Below, piece by piece: positions 51,360-64,000 of a stretch of 64,000 nucleotides of DNA. Location of the stretch: contig OZ316776.1 in assembly GCA_973851085.1 (NCBI GenBank), forward strand, positions 10,602,001 through 10,666,000, in the 5' to 3' direction. The DNA is from Ptychomitrium polyphyllum. Its lineage: Eukaryota. The notes under the pieces are model-generated. The model saw only the letters and a program-made list of their open reading frames with translations, was not told where the DNA came from and ran no database searches. Position 1 is the first letter of the stretch, and each line of letters begins with the position of its first letter. A program made the position numbers and the translations under genes.

Positions 51360-51992
51360 TGTCACGGACATAGATCATGCAACATAGTCCTTAGAACATT
51401 CTAGAACCTTCTAGTATACTATAATAGCTTCTTAGAATACTTTTAGATGTCTCCATAGTCTTTTCCATGTTTTTAGGAAGCTTCCTAGGGAAGTTCCTTC
51501 ATGTTAGGAAACTTCCTAAAAAAGTTCTATGATCTTAGATAACTTCCTACGAAGATTCCATCACCTTAGGAAACTTCCTAGGAAAGTTCAGCATTTAAAG
51601 AAGCTTCCTAGAAAGGTTCTACGTCTTTAGGAAACTTCCTAAGAAGGTTCCACTACCTTAAGAAACTTCCAAGGAAGGTTCCAACTCCTTAGAAGCTTCT
51701 TAGGAAGGTTCCAATATCTTAGGAAACTTCTTGGGAAGGTTCCCTAAACTTCCATAACATTCTTTAGCCTTGTAGGAAGCTTCTTTAGAAGTATCCTAGG
51801 AAATACAAGCATCATAGTATAAATAGGAGGCAAGACAAGGTATTCCTTAGTCTTGCCAACACAAGTTGTGGATCATCTTGAATCCTGCCTTGTTCTAGTC
51901 TTTGTATCAAGTTCTTGTTAATCATTAGCTCTTTGGAAGCTAATTCTTGGGAAACACTTCGTTTTTGCTTCTTGTTTCTTGTGTCCCTAACA
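51360..51992 (+). mobile_element. Solo LTR (633 bp) of an LTR retrotransposon with 5-bp target-site duplication
   Basis: Begins TGTCACGGAC and ends GTCCCTAACA (TG...CA, 8/10 inverted match). Flanked by AATTG at 51355-51359 and 51993-51997. Internal TATA-like 'tataaatagg' near 51818. No adjacent internal coding domains. Confidence 0.85.
51472..51745 (+). repeat. About 31-bp tandem array (about 9 units, consensus resembling taggaaacttcctaggaaggttcc...) inside the solo LTR
   Basis: Units begin near 51475, 51506, 51537, 51568, 51598, 51629, 51660, 51690 and 51721. Each contains a near-palindrome such as aggaagcttcct. Confidence 0.85.
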
Positions 51993-54900
51993 AATTGCAT
52001 TGATTGAAAGAATATGGTGTTTGAAGTAAAAAAAGTTATTTTTATACCTTTGCAAATAGGATCAAAAAATTTTACTCTTCTAGGCATCATAGTCTAAATT
52101 ATACAAGTTGAAATTTTTTATCATTTTACAAAAAACTTTGTTATTTACTTGTGTACAAAATTCTAAATGCAATAGAAAGACGTAATATTTTTTAAAAATC
52201 TTGTAGCAAAAATAAGTACATAACATTGCCAATCTACTATTTTAATAAAATCATATAGATTGATATTTTTAATAATTTTTTTTATAGTAAATATAGGTTT
52301 TTTTAAAACATCAATCCAAATGGTTAACACAAGTATTGTTGCTTCTTGCTAAAAAAGAAAAAAACTATTCAATTTTTATGTTAAAATTTTTATAGATTTG
52401 CTAATTTAATTCATCTAGTGAATTTGATTCTTTTTGAAGTAAATCTTTTGCATTGTAAGCAATTTTTATTACAAAAAAGATGGCATTAGCTTTTTCTACA
52501 CCAAATTTCAAAGATGATAGACGAATTCTAAAGAAACTTTTTAAACACCCTAAAACAAAAAGAGTTTATTTAATGAATATAATTTATTTTTATGTTTAAT
52601 AAAAAAATTATTTTATAAGAAGTTGAGGCATTTTTTTGTTATATAATTAAATGAGTTTTTATAATTGAAATCAATGATTATGGATGTTGAATGAATTTTT
52701 AATAAATTAAAAATTAATAGATTTGAAATAATAGCCAATCCAAAGTATTTCAGTTTGATAATTTATGATACAACTTAAATATTTATATTGTAAAAGATCA
52801 TCAACTTTACTTATACCATAACCATAAGGAATGAAACTAAAGAAATTAAAACATACAAATTAGTTTATTATTAACTTAGCCAAATACATTCTATTCTACT
52901 CAATGTTAGCATTTCCAATTAACAATTTTGGCATTGCAAAGCCTGGAGATGTCAAATGTTGTAAAAGATGCAATAATATTTTATAATGAAAAATTATATT
53001 TTTAAAACAATTTTAAAGAGTTTTAACTTTTAATTGGTAAATCATTTCCTATTTCTTAATATTTTTAGATTTATTAGTATTATATGGCCATTTTTACTTT
53101 CAGTAATACAAAAACATTGTTCACACTTAGTAAATTGACATCCATGATTTATAAATTTGTAACTTGCCACATTAATATAATTTGACATAAGACATGCTTA
53201 TGAATATAATAATTGTTATTTTAAATAGAATAAAATATACATTTCATAATATAAAATATTTTTAGATTATAAATTCGGATTTGAATTAAGATTTATATAT
53301 GGATTTTAAATATCAATTATTATCACAAGTCTTTTATTTTTCACTAAATTTTTATCTTTATATTATGATTACATCAACATCATATAATATGGAAGTCATT
53401 ATTTAGAAACTACAAAAAAAAATTATACGAAATTATTGAGCTAAAACAATGTAGCAATTATAATTTTTTGGAATCTTTTGAATTTAGAAAAGAACTTGGC
53501 ATTATTAGTTGCTTATGTAGCTTGCTACCTATTAAATCTATATTTCGAATTTGTAAGTAGTATTATTATTTTATTTATTTGTATACTTATATATGATCAA
53601 AACATATACCTAGCTATTTATTCATGGTTTTGTAAGGCACCTTTAATAATCTTTAATAGATACAATGAAACATCTAAATTAGATATTCTTTTGCAAACAA
53701 TACAATTATTTATGAAATATAATTTCTTTATCTTATATTGCTAAAGAATGTTTTAATTTAAAACAATAGTTTCCAGTAGATTTTGGCACACGTATCAAAG
53801 TATTTTAGATTTAAAAAGAGCAATTGGAAGAATTTTAGAATTTTAAGACAAACTAACAATTGACTTGGAAGAACTTGGCTGACTTTATGAATGTTCAAAG
53901 TTTGAGGCTTTTTTAGCATGCTTTAATAATGCTCATGATTGATTCATTAAAATATAATAAAAAAACATATATTTATTCTTTATTTTTTCAAAAAAACTTT
54001 AAAAGTATGTTTTGCAAAATTTTCCTTTTAAAAAGCACTTAGCTCATAATTTTAATATTTAGCAAGTTTAACCTCAAAAAAAAGTAGAGAATATAAATAA
54101 AGAATGTAATGATTCAAGATTGTCATGTTATAAAGTGTCATATTATCAAAGCTACCAATTATATAAAAATTAATGCTTTCCGATAATAAAACTACATGGG
54201 ACAAAAATAAACATTTATTTTGAGCAAAAAACAATGAGCAACTTGAAGTTCAAAAATAATAAATAGTATCTAAAATAGGAAAAATCTAAATTTGGATTCA
54301 AATTTTAGAATATTTAAATCATACATATTTTTTTAAATCCTTAAATTTTTTTCTTCCATTATCCAAAACTATGGAAGAATTGAACCAATTACTGCTAAAA
54401 GAATCAATATAGAATTGAAGAAGCTTCTAGAAATTTCACCATGGAGGAAAAATTCTATTTCTACTTAAAATTTAGGTTTATTTAAAGGCAATTACATTTT
54501 TGTAGTCTTGCTTGATTGCATAGTTGGTACTAGTCAGAGCATTTTCATTAATTTTAGCTTATTTTTTCTTATTATTCATCAGTTTCCATATACTATGACT
54601 ATTCCATCCACGTGGTTAGAGCTAAATGATTACATATGTTGGATAAAATCCTCTTTGTAGATGGAATTGCCTTGGGCTAAGGTCAAAACCTAACTATTTT
54701 AAGATTTGTACATTCTTCTTTGATCCTGAATCAAACTCAAAAAATAATTTTGTATAGTTGGATGAACTCAAGTTTGCCTTCCGTTAGGTGGAGAGCTAGA
54801 TTAGAATGCACTTTATTGATTTCTTGAAGGAAAAAGCCATCATAGCTAGAGGAATAAGTGGTAGCCATAGCTAAATTTACGTATACTTTGAAACTTTAAA

Positions 54901-57900
54901 GTCAATGGCCAAAAGTAACATAGGGTGTTGTTTAAATAGACATTTGATAGTCGCAATAGAACTTATCATGTATTAAAAAACATTCAATGATATACATCCA
55001 TACTGTTATTGTAGCATAGATTTTACAATCACAATTGTGTACCCTGGCTAGAAATTCCTCTCCACTATTTTTACGTTTTATTATGATGTATATATAAAGA
55101 ACCATGAGGCAGAAATTAGAAGTCCATTGTGTTTAAAGAAGAGGTAAATGTGAGAACCAAGTCCAAGTTTAGGTCAAAAATAGTATGAAAAAATCTCAGT
55201 GTGTAGATCATGAATGAATGGAATAAAAAAGCAGGTATATATAGATAGTGGAATTTATGGCTTTAAGCCTACAATAACAATTCCAAAATTATTAATCTAG
55301 TCAAAGCTACCCTACACAGAGAGAAACACCAGAAAATTAAAAAATGAAATGAACCTGGGATCACATTTATATTTATCTCTTAGGATTATATAGAATTAGG
55401 ACTATATAGAATGAAAGAGATGGCGTTGTCACTGGAGGGGATGACTGAGCAGCACTGTGTGCACGACGTCCATTGCTGCATAACTGCAGTATACCAGAGA
55501 ACAGCTATGCATACGCAATTCAAAGAAAAAACTCAAAATCCACTTGACAAGTGTGACGCGGTGATTATTTGGTCTGATCTCTTTATATCCTCCGGAGACT
55601 TTCAATTGCAGATTCTGTACGCACAGAGAGCTGTTCGTGAATTTCCACACACGCCAAGGTGGATCATTATGTGCTTGGGAGGTTGGGACTCTCCAGCCAG
55701 TAGAAGTTCACGGCAACAATGAGAATTTTCGCCTTCGGCTTTTGACACTGGATGCATTGAGTACATTCGGATTGGTGAATCCGTTGCCGCGAAATGCTTT
55801 TACAAGTTTGCAGCGGCTATAAATGACCACTTTCAAGGTCTGATTTTCTCATTGTTGCGGGGAACTTTCAACACACGCCGATCAAAGAATTGCAGGGGTC
55901 TCCTAGAATATTTAGATTGGTGGACTAATTTCACTTGAGTGGATGAAGTGCCCGGTTGATTGGCAAAGAATGTACCAGGACAGGGAAGGCCACAAAAGTT
56001 AGGTTGTGGAGGCAATTGCAACCAAACATTTGTGAATCTGGCACTCATTTGTAGGACTTTCGAGCTGTCTAAATGGTATCGATATAATTGTTAGGTACCT
56101 CTCATTGTGTACTACTTGGGCGGCGTTGCCCCTATGCGAAGTTCAGCATCATCTGCGTGTACGACATGTGCTACCTCCTAGCAGATGGCATCTATTTCAA
56201 TTAAATTGGTACGCAACCAAGCAAGAGGGGGCTTGTAAGGATGTCGAGTGTGTGTTTGGTAGCTTAGAAGCCAAATGTGGAGATGTGCGCTATCCATATC
56301 GTTTATGAAATGAGACTATCATGAAGATGGTTTAGAAAGTAGTTGTAATCATGCACAACATGGTGGTTGAGGGTGAAGCAGGCAAACTTGGAGTTGAATT
56401 TTGATTTTTGGATACAACAAACTTTAGCTCAGCTGAAGCAGTTCTGTCGTTTTAGATAATTGCTTGCGAGTCAATGGCAATTCAAAATAAAGATGCTTAC
56501 TACTAACTATCAACAACAACATGATCAACTGCCTTTTACCAGTGAAGGCAAACAAAACTAATGTGCATGTTTGTTTGTATGAATTGTGTGCTTCAGAGGC
56601 AATAGTAAGAGCATTGTATTCAATTGATTTGTACTTCCTTAAAATGGAATTTGTCTCCACTTCCTTCTTGCTTCCATATCTTATTTTTTCCACTCTTCTT
56701 CTCTCCATTTCTCTACTTGAAGTCAGAAAACACAAAATTGAGGTGAATTGGGGCGTAGACTAACCATAATCCAATGTTTGTAATATTCACAATGTTCCAA
56801 TTTATGATAAGCACAAAGTTTAGCAGCCTTGAGCTGAGATTTGTTCTAGGTGATCACTATAGAGTGTGCTATATATTATAAAAATCTTAGATCAAATCAC
56901 CAGCTATATCAATTGGTCAGAATGTCGCATCCGCGCTCAAACCCTTGCTACTCTCTTCATTCATGCCATCTGCTGGTTCTAAACTATGCTGCTTGTAGGG
57001 TGCCGATGGAAGTGTATGATGCACTTGCCACTTTGGCCCCAATTCACCGACAATTCGTTGAAATTGAATTGGCCGACAATTCGGTGAACTATAGCGCCTT
57101 CATAGCCTAACTACTTGAAGGACTCAACTAAAGAAGCACAAAAATTATCAGACTTTTGACCTGTACCTTTTCTGGAATTCTGAATAGCATTCAACCAGGC
57201 TCTACACAAGTGAACCAACTCATTATCATTGAAATTATTACCATGAATCGACGATGAAGGAGGTGCTCCAACATCTACCATGACCATGGTCTCAGAGCTA
57301 TCAACCTCATAGCAATCAGAAGTATAGGTTCTGAAAATGAAGGAAATAACGTTGAAGGAATCCTGTCAAAGTCGACGTGGGGGAGAGTGAATGCAGGAGC
57401 TAGGAACGGGAATGACCAACAACATTCTTCCCCTACAGACAAAGTCTAAACGAACACTTTAGCTGCCAAATATAACTCGCCACTTGGTCCGATCCTTAGT
57501 CTTCTGGGATTTGAGAAGTGCAACAAAGCTCTCTCGAAATGAAGCCACTAAGTAAGGACAAAGTCAAATTCTCATCGCCCCACTCTACAATTTGGCGCTG
57601 TCGAGTTCACAATGAATCGGTTTGTTCTCATATTTTTCTCAAAACTGCGTCAATTCGTAGAAAACACAGGATTTATACTTCCCACCGTGCAGATGCTCTA
57701 AGATGGACAGCAGGCTTGTCAATGTAACTCTCAGTGTTCCAAACTCTTAACTTGAAAAGGGAAAGGAAGGCAACCACTACTAATCTAACCAGTGAGATCA
57801 CCATGCACCGCTCCTGCCAGCACTGTTTTATGGAGACACTATTGGTATATTCGTATCCAAGCTTGAATAAGAATATCTTGCTGCTAATTGGTACTTAGTC

Positions 57901-58453
57901 TATTACACGTCGATTTTGAATACCAAAAAGCCATGGGAAGGTAGTCGGTGAAACAAAGGCGAGTGAACGAGTGAAACGAAGGCAAGTACGAAAAATTGTC
58001 GAAAAACCTCCCTCTTGGATGCAAAAAAGTACATATAATCTAGCTTGTAAACAGACATTCCTGAGCAACAATGGGCTTAGAAAAAAAACGCATCTTGTAT
58101 ACACTGCTTACGCATTAGTAGCTTATAGTGATACTCCTTTACCATTGCCTTTTCTCTAGTGTAATAGCTACTAATTCTCAAAAACCAGTCAGTACTCCTT
58201 TCTCAAAAAGTACTCCCATTGCCTCCAATGTGGTAAGGCCCTTAGTCTGTGACAATAAGCTGCAATGACCCACTCGGACTTCTGCAAGAGATTACCAAGC
58301 TAACGACACTGGCAGATTGCGGTTCTGATCCTTCTGGAAGAGTTGTTATTTCCACTCTCAGCATGCACAGGCTTTTTTCTCTCTCTCTCAATACTTGCAC
58401 ATGGACAAATTTCCATGAAATCGCTTAAATAGTAGATTCTCTCTCTGTCGTGT

Positions 58454-58457
<4 letters not shown>

Positions 58458-58495
<38 letters not shown>
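58458..58495. repeat. (TA)n microsatellite downstream of KAI2-like copy B
   Basis: Uninterrupted atatat run of about 38 nt. Confidence 0.95.
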
Positions 58496-58497
<2 letters not shown>

Positions 58498-58679
58498 ACC
58501 TATTCACTTCGGATTCTTCCATGAGAACTCGCCCTCTAAGAATCAAGGATGATAGGTTCAGGTAGCCCAACTCAAGAATATCTGATACGAAAATCTATTG
58601 CTAGCACAAAGGGGCATATTCTTCTCCAGAAAGAACAGACATATTAAGTCCAAGGTCTAGAAATCTTTTACAAACCTTT

Positions 58680-59863
58680 TCATAATTTAAGGCAGTGGAG
58701 AAGAGCAGGGATAACCACTGCAGGATCACTCAAATGCGGCAGATGGCCCTCCGTGTTCAAGACCTCCATCGTCGCCCGCCCTCCCAAGTGTTGTTGCAAA
58801 TAATGCGCTGCTGCAAGCGGTACAGCCATGTCTTTCATGGTTTGAAGAAGGTGACATGGCACCGTCACCTACATTACACCAGAGATGCTCAATGCTCCTA
58901 GAAACTAAATAAATTTTGAATTCATGGTACACTTCTTCTACTGTAATGAAGTTTTTTAGAAAAAAAAATGTACTTCGGTCGTTCGACCACCAGCAGATGG
59001 GAGGGGAGCAAAAAGAGCTTCGGGTTGTTCTTACCAGCGGCAACATTGCGCGCAAATCGCTCTGAAAAATCGTTTTGATGACGCTGAGTGCAATGTCTGG
59101 TCTGATGGAATAAAACGTTCGGCAAAACTCCTGCACTGATCGGCTCTGAAGATCCGCTCCTGACAAACGCGGCGCAAACCCTGTCACCCAGGACCGAAAA
59201 TTGGATTTCATGTCACCATAGATCTGTTCAAGCTCTTTCTGGTCGAATCCCCCGTAGTACGACTCGTCGTTCACGTACCTAAACATCACAATTTCACTCC
59301 ACAGGTGACCACGCATCCCTTCATGAAATCTCAGAAATCCTTCTCAGCTTTCACAAGTTACTAGCAGAGATTCGCACGAGTGAGAATATCCATCACAGCT
59401 GACCGACTGTCAGGGCCACACAAAGGAATGAAAATTGTTAGGCCGTTAGACTTGTGATCCACTTGGCTGCAAAAGCCTACCTCGGCGACGATGCCAACAA
59501 CACAAGCTTCTTAAAAACCTCCGGCCGCTCAATCGAGGCAATCATTCCAATCGTTCCAGACACAGAGTGGCCAATGTAAACGCAGCTCTGAATCTCAAGC
59601 TCATCCAGGATAGCGAGCAAATCATCCGCGTAGGCATGGAGGGAAGAGTATCTGCTGAAGCTGAAATCCTCCGGATTGGTGCTACCGGCGCCCATCAAGT
59701 CATACAGAATCACCTTATAATCATCTACAACATACGGCAGCACATATTTCCACACCGTCTGGTCGGATCCAAATCCGTGGCCTAACACTACATGTTTCTC
59801 GCCGTTTCCCACAACCGTCACATTATGCGACTGGATCAACAAGGAGCTCGACGGTAGAATCAT
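58680..59863 (-). CDS. KAI2L: KAI2/D14-family alpha/beta hydrolase, copy B. Exons 59863-59481, 59278-59035, 58868-58680
   Basis: 'HGFGSDQTVW', 'GHSVSG', 'SSPRYVND', 'VQEFCRTFYSIRPDIA', 'KDMAVP', 'EGHLPHLS'. Both intron positions are the same as in copy A. Confidence 0.93.
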
Positions 59864-62514
59864 AATGTAAAAATCCCTGCTGGTTCCAGATTACATTCTA
59901 CGAAGAATCCTTGCAGAAACTTTCCTACACCTAGCGGTTGATAATAGTTGATTTGTGAGCAATCTTCCTCCGCATTGACCACGACATCTCATTCATGTAC
60001 TGCCATCGAATTGAAAGTCCTGACCGTGCACAGTTACCAATATACGACACTGTTGTTGCAAAACGGCGACCTAAATCCTCTATCAACTTGACTCACTTGA
60101 GGTAACAAAACGACATACCGTAGTTCCATGCTAATCCTTGCTCTTATTCAAGATCAGACAGGAGCTCAAACTTAGATTCTAAAGAACTCTAGAGTAGAAG
60201 TCTGCGTTTCGTCAAGTACTGGAACTAGTATCTAAATCATGTCCAACGACTTCAGCTGCTTTCAACTTCAACGCCCACGTACTGAACGATATGATCACCT
60301 CGCGACACCGGATCCCAACAGAAAGTTCTATCTGTTGCATGACTTACAAAACAAATAACTTTTTCTCGCTAACTGCACATAAATATCGACCGCAAGCTGT
60401 CACTCTCTACCTCAAGAAAAAGAGCAATCCACAACACACATCGAAACGCGCCAAGTCATGAGCCTGATCGTTACGGTTCATGAGACCCAACCTACTATTC
60501 AAGGCTGCGAGGGGTTCGTAGAATGAGGTACCAAAAACCAACATCATCTACATCTTTGTAGATCATCAGAAATGAAATGTAAGTTTTTAGCAGATAGTGC
60601 TGGCCTTGTGTACAATGACGGTTTTGTGTATGGGAAAGTAGGGGAGCCCTAAATCATCAACCCAGGTGAAGGCCCAAGGGAGGTTGCAACGGAAGCCGGA
60701 GTGGCCAGGCCCACGAGAGGAGGTTGTGACAACAGAGGCCCCAAGTGGGTGTAGAGCATTCGTCCACATCTAAATCCAGCTTTGATCGGGAGCCATTCCT
60801 AGGTTCTATCGATCTGGGTGCCACCTCATCCGTTATCGACATGCTTCCTTGGAGTCCGTCTGCCAGCCTCTAGGACCCACTGTTTGCAGGTAATATTCAC
60901 CGAGCTCAAGTTCAGGCGCTGAACCTTTTAGTCTAAATAGGAACACAGGCACTAGGTGACTTACTGCGGCTTGGTTATCGTGATGGCAGTTTCTTCACTT
61001 GAAATCTGCAAGTTTGGTGAATCTCAGAACTTCAGAAGGTAACTAACCTGTTCCCAACAATACTCCATTAAAAGCCTATAAAAACAACAAAGAAGGCAAA
61101 TTTCGAAGGGGCCCAGCTTGCTGACTCTGTAGTCATATCAACTACTGAAGGAAGCTTCTTCTGCAAGAACCATACCCTTGATACTGAACCTTTCTGGAGC
61201 TCTTCATTTACACCTACACTGTTTGCCCCTCCCGAGTCCACAGGGACTCATCTGTTTTTTGGCTCTTCACTTACTGAATGTTACTCAGTTTAAGTTTATT
61301 AGACTGAGTTATTAGACTAAAATGATTAATAGGAAACACATTCATTGTTACTTGCCCTCCTTATTATATATTGTTAATTTTTCATTTTTCTAAGTAAGGT
61401 CAATTGCTTTAAGTAGCAAGAAATGTTATGACATTCAAGTTGAACATGCTATACGTTTTTTTAATTCTCTCCATTAAATAAATGATATGTCTGTATATAT
61501 TAATTTAATATTAAAATGTTTATTAGACATCACCAAAGAATATTAGACCACCAAAAAATCATATAACCTTGATAAGAAACCAAATTTGATAACCATGTTC
61601 TTTAACGTTAAATTATATTAAATTACAAATTAACATCATTATGAAGTAACATAAAACACTTCTACAAATTGAGTCTCACAAAAGATAAGTTTTGAATGCA
61701 TAATCCAAATACATATTTGTTTGTGAGAATCTATAAGTGGAATGTTTTACTAGCATGACAAATGAGTAACATATGGCATGGTTTACAATATTTCTTGACC
61801 ATATAGATTTACTCTTTGTAAGCTTCATTTTTCTCTTATAGGAAGTATGTTACAACAATTATAACAACATTTTATGATAGTTTAAACAATTCACTCTCAC
61901 CTTGAAAATTGAGAATTGACAAATAATAAACAACATATGAAACCAAGGGCAAGTAGAACTGACCAGACAAAAACATTAGTCTAGTCTGGTGACTTTACAC
62001 ACAAATTCCCTCAGTCTCCATCTGAACATGGTTTTAACAGTGGAAATATTCCTTTAAATGATGGGATAATTCCTACTGCAGAGGGTGGTTGCAGAGGTTC
62101 CCTGACGAATGCCATGTGAGGACTGCGTAAGCAAGACAACGACAACTGGCAGCCAAACTATTACACCAACGTGTCGGTACTTCAGGACCCACTAACAAGA
62201 TTACCACCCTAATGCACATTATCCGATGATTAGTGCTAATCCGATCACAGGTACAGAGAATCCGATCTCGTCATGTTATCATAAATAAAGCCGCCCTGTT
62301 TTGCCGAACCATCTAGTACCACCTGTCGTCAGCATGCTGCCAGTCTAGTTGTATGCACCCAGGCTCTACACTGGGACAGATATAAGGGCGAGCATGCTTG
62401 TCTAGAAGCACCCAGTTTCAGTTTGCGCGCTAGTTGGCCAACGTGATACCTTTGCGTTGTGGAGCGAGCTTGTGAAGAACATTTCGGTGATATATCACTT
62501 GGGTTGCTGCAGTA

Positions 62515-63555
62515 ATGGCTCCTATCGCTGTGGGCGACAAGATTCCTAACGTCACGTTGAATTATCTGGACGATGACAACCAAGCGCAGAAGTTTAACAC
62601 GCACGAGGAGCTCAAGGGGAAGAAGGTCGTCCTGATTGCAGTTCCCGGCGCCTTCACTCCCACTTGCAGGTAGAGATCCGCAGGATGGCACTTTTATGTT
62701 TGTGGGGTTCGTGTCACACTTTACTGATTCGTGTTGTGAGATACTTTGCTTTTCCTCCGTTTTTTATATCATGGCACGAGTGGTTCCATATTTACCTTCT
62801 GTTCGGGACATGGTTGCTAAGGTTGAAAAAACTATTTCAGAATGTGAGATCAAAAACTTCGCAAATGATGCGAATCTGAACAACATCTGGGGGTTCTTTT
62901 TTTTTGTTGTTGAACGGGGTGTAGCTTAAGTTTTTCGCAGTTCTGTATTTCTTTGTTTGCGAAACAGGGGAACGGGTGACACTTCGATAAAATCAATCAA
63001 GTGCGTCGTTACCTATCGCTTGGTTATGAGCCGCTCTCTTATTCACTGTTTGTACTTCGGGGCTAACTTTTTGATTTTTTCTGGCAGCCAAAAGCACATT
63101 CCTAGCTTCATTGAGAATGCCGAGAAGATTAAGAGCAAGGGTGTGTCGGATCTCATCGTCATTTCAGGTCTGTTTATTTTGTTGTTGTAGTTCGCTCACC
63201 AACATGGGATTTTATTTAGTTCAACTTAGCCGTCAGAGTTTTCTATGTTAAATAAACATTCATTGGGAGACGTTAATCATGTGAGGTTATTTGTTGTGCA
63301 GTCAATGATCCGTATGTCATGAAGGCTTGGGAGCGATCTTATGAGGGTGCTGAACACCTCAAGTTTTTGGCTGACGGCTCGGCCGAATTTACCAAGGCGC
63401 TGGGCTTGGAGCTTGATATGACTGAGAAGGGTTTGGGCATTCGTTCTTACAGATACTCTCTCCTGGTTGATAACTTGGTTGTGAAGGTTGCCAATATTGA
63501 AGAGGGTGGGGCATTCGCTGTTAGTGGAGGCGATAATATCTTAAAGGCTCTGTAA
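62515..63555 (+). CDS. PRXII: Type II (PRDX5-like) peroxiredoxin, cytosolic type. Exons 62515-62669, 63088-63167, 63302-63555
   Basis: 'MAPIAVGDKIP', active site 'VPGAFTPTCSQKH', 'SVNDPYVMKAW', 'FLADGS', 'GLGIRSYRY'. No transit peptide. Confidence 0.92.
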
Positions 63556-64000
63556 CTGCGTTTGAGGAAGTATCAAACTAAGTTCTTTTTTGGTCTGATG
63601 GCTCTTTAGAAGTAAAACTTTACACCTTTCAAGTCTTCTTTTCCAGGAAACTGGAAAAAATGTAGTACTTGCAAAGATGTGGAGTGTTTACTGAGCTATG
63701 TCATGTTTTAGTAAAGGCTGTTTATATGAATGTGGGAAAGTTCATCTAGCTCGTTTGGATTTGAAAATTGTCAGGCGTGTGCACTTTCACCTTGGAAATT
63801 CTCAATGTGATGCGTGAATTTTTTGAAAAATCGATGATTGTCAATTGAAATTGCTGAAACTGTTGCTAGGCTCTTGTTCTCTGTGTTGTGTGCAGGGCTT
63901 AGGAAGTTGAATCATGGAATAAGTTGGTCCATTGGTTACTCAGTCTTCTTTCGTTGAACATTGTTTTTAAAATATCCTCTTTGACCGTCTTTGTTGAACC

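Noticed and set aside
51472..51745. CRISPR-like array
   Set aside because: Eukaryotic context, degenerate units without unique 30-40 nt spacers, no cas genes, and it lies inside a solo LTR.
55411..58160. Short ORFs and a small inverted repeat (about 57043-57088) between the two KAI2-like genes
   Set aside because: No identifiable domains. The stem is too short for a miRNA precursor, and no HK remnant was recognised downstream of copy B.
60587..61250. GC-balanced segment with 60-aa ORFs upstream of KAI2-like copy B
   Set aside because: All frames are interrupted and no family could be recognised.

Overview
Intron-containing land-plant genomic DNA, most likely a moss (inferred from gene content and from GC-rich genic islands separated by very AT-rich spacers). 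Supported genes in order: two tandem SLC25A44-like mitochondrial carriers with intronless CDSs (+), the chloroplast calcium-sensing receptor CAS (+), an RTN4IP1-like quinone oxidoreductase (+), a NYN-domain/C2H2 protein (+), a NACK-type kinesin-7 (-), photolyase/blue-light receptor PHR2 (+), a soluble hybrid histidine kinase with PAS, HisKA, HATPase and receiver domains (-), two divergent KAI2/D14-family (RsbQ-like) hydrolases (-), and a type II peroxiredoxin (+). There is also a solo LTR with a 5-bp target-site duplication and several simple or degenerate repeats. Two observations stand out. (1) A complete KAI2-like hydrolase ends only 296 nt upstream of the start codon of the PAS histidine kinase on the same strand, and most of that spacer looks like an intron. 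This suggests an operon-like (dicistronic) KAI2L-HK unit reminiscent of bacterial rsbQ-rsbP. (2) A 34/37-aa upstream ORF, too short for the supplied ORF track, is conserved at the peptide level in front of both mitochondrial carrier paralogues. Exon boundaries were read by eye from GT/AG sites and reading-frame continuity. No database searches were run.
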